Positions 63,061 to 64,000 of a stretch of 64,000 nucleotides of DNA are shown here, in pieces. The DNA lies in contig NW_024704743.1 of assembly GCF_018977255.1 (NCBI RefSeq), positions 22,322,001-22,386,000 of the forward strand, written 5' to 3'. Within the stretch, counting starts at the first letter, position 1. Each line of letters opens with the position of its first letter. A program made the translations under genes and the position numbers. The notes beneath the pieces are model-generated. The model searched no databases. It was not told the origin of the DNA and saw only the letters and a list, made by a program, of their open reading frames with translations. Source of the stretch: Callorhinchus milii. Its lineage: Eukaryota.

Positions 63061-63639
63061 CACTTGAAGTTCTCAATTAGACTTAGAATTACCCTCAGTT
63101 TCCATTCCTCCATAAATAAATCCTCAAGTGCCTGTAGCCTCAGCTGACAGACGTTTTGGGAAATCAAAAGATGCCTGTCGTCATCGCCAGGTGATGACAT
63201 TGTTCTATAAAAATATCTGAACTCCTCGGCACTCTTCACTTGTAATCAAATGGATCACCACTAAGATAAGATCAAGTCATTGACTTCTCTCGTCTCCAAG
63301 AATCCACACTAACACCAACTAATCGGAGCAAGAAGGGACGTTGGAACATGCTCTCAGGGCCTCTGGCAGTGCTGCATCACAGCAACGATCCTCCACAATT
63401 TTCCCTCTTTCTGTCACCTCCCGCAGCAAGAGATACTTGGCCTCTCCTAACTCCTTCCAGGAACAGACATCAGGCAGCACACCGATTTGGTACTTCAAGC
63501 ACTCAGCAACTTTTTCAGTGTACTACAGTAAAACTCACACAAGTCATATTAGTCGAGACCATAACATTTAATATGACTTACCCGAAGTCCAAATTGCAGG
63601 CAAATTGTATGTCGTAGAAAATCCGATTTAATTAATAAT

Positions 63640-63905
63640 CTACACTGCACATGCGTAATTTAAAACGCATGAAATTTAAAGTGCACATGCGGTGTTGGGT
63701 TAAGACTACACTTCCCGCGATTCAATTAACCTTGACCCGTCGCCACAAGCTTTGGAATCCCAAAGAATCACAAGAAATTAAGTACTTCTGAGTGTGCATT
63801 AACAGATCAGGACTACGTTTCCCACAATTTAATGGAGCTGGCGGTAAGTGCACATACATCGACCGGTCAGGACGTCATTTCAAGGCAGCCGGAAAGGGCG
63901 GGAGT
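63640..63905. promoter_or_regulatory. Probable housekeeping-type Pol II promoter, likely of ELMO
   Basis: Two ACTAYRnnnCCCR (ZNF143/THAP11-type) motifs at 63704-63716 and 63811-63824; two NRF1-like TGCACATGCG at 63646 and 63682; GACGTCA at 63871; CCGGAA at 63889; GGGCGGG at 63896; locally more CpG. Confidence 0.65.
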
Positions 63906-64000
63906 AATGGAGAGTAGGGGAGCTGAGGTTACAGAGTTAGAAGGCGATTAACAATAATAATAATAATGCTTTCATTTGATTTAGTGCCTTATCACATCTT

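Noticed and set aside
63027..63239. Minus-strand ORF (MSSPGDDDRHLL...WKLR) with a possible donor at 63092, as an ELMO N-terminal extension
   Set aside because: Splicing to the 44231 acceptor hits TGA before the ELMO ATG, and I recognise no homology.

Overview
Eukaryotic, vertebrate genomic DNA. The repeat set (CR1 and L2 LINEs, tRNA-headed Deu-domain SINEs, Penelope-like remnants) suggests a cartilaginous fish, possibly a chimaera; this is inference. The window holds the 5' half of an ELMO (engulfment and cell motility) gene on the minus strand. Twelve GT-AG coding exons from the ATG at 44180 down to 693 splice in frame to 1083 nt (361 aa), and the gene continues past the left edge. The protein is closest to ELMO1 but carries several ELMO2-type residues. 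I also see a probable extra 45-nt cassette exon (9818-9862), a uORF, and a likely housekeeping, possibly bidirectional, promoter at about 63.6-63.9 kb. The introns are full of decayed mobile elements. The most notable are a Penelope-type minimal hammerhead ribozyme motif (47785-47821) next to a perfect 24-bp hairpin, an L2 with a twin-priming-like 5' inversion, a palindromic MITE, mariner and Vingi-like relics, and an unclassified three-copy repeat. Most ORFs in the supplied track are spurious or TE remnants. Repeat boundaries are approximate and family assignments are from memory, not from searches.
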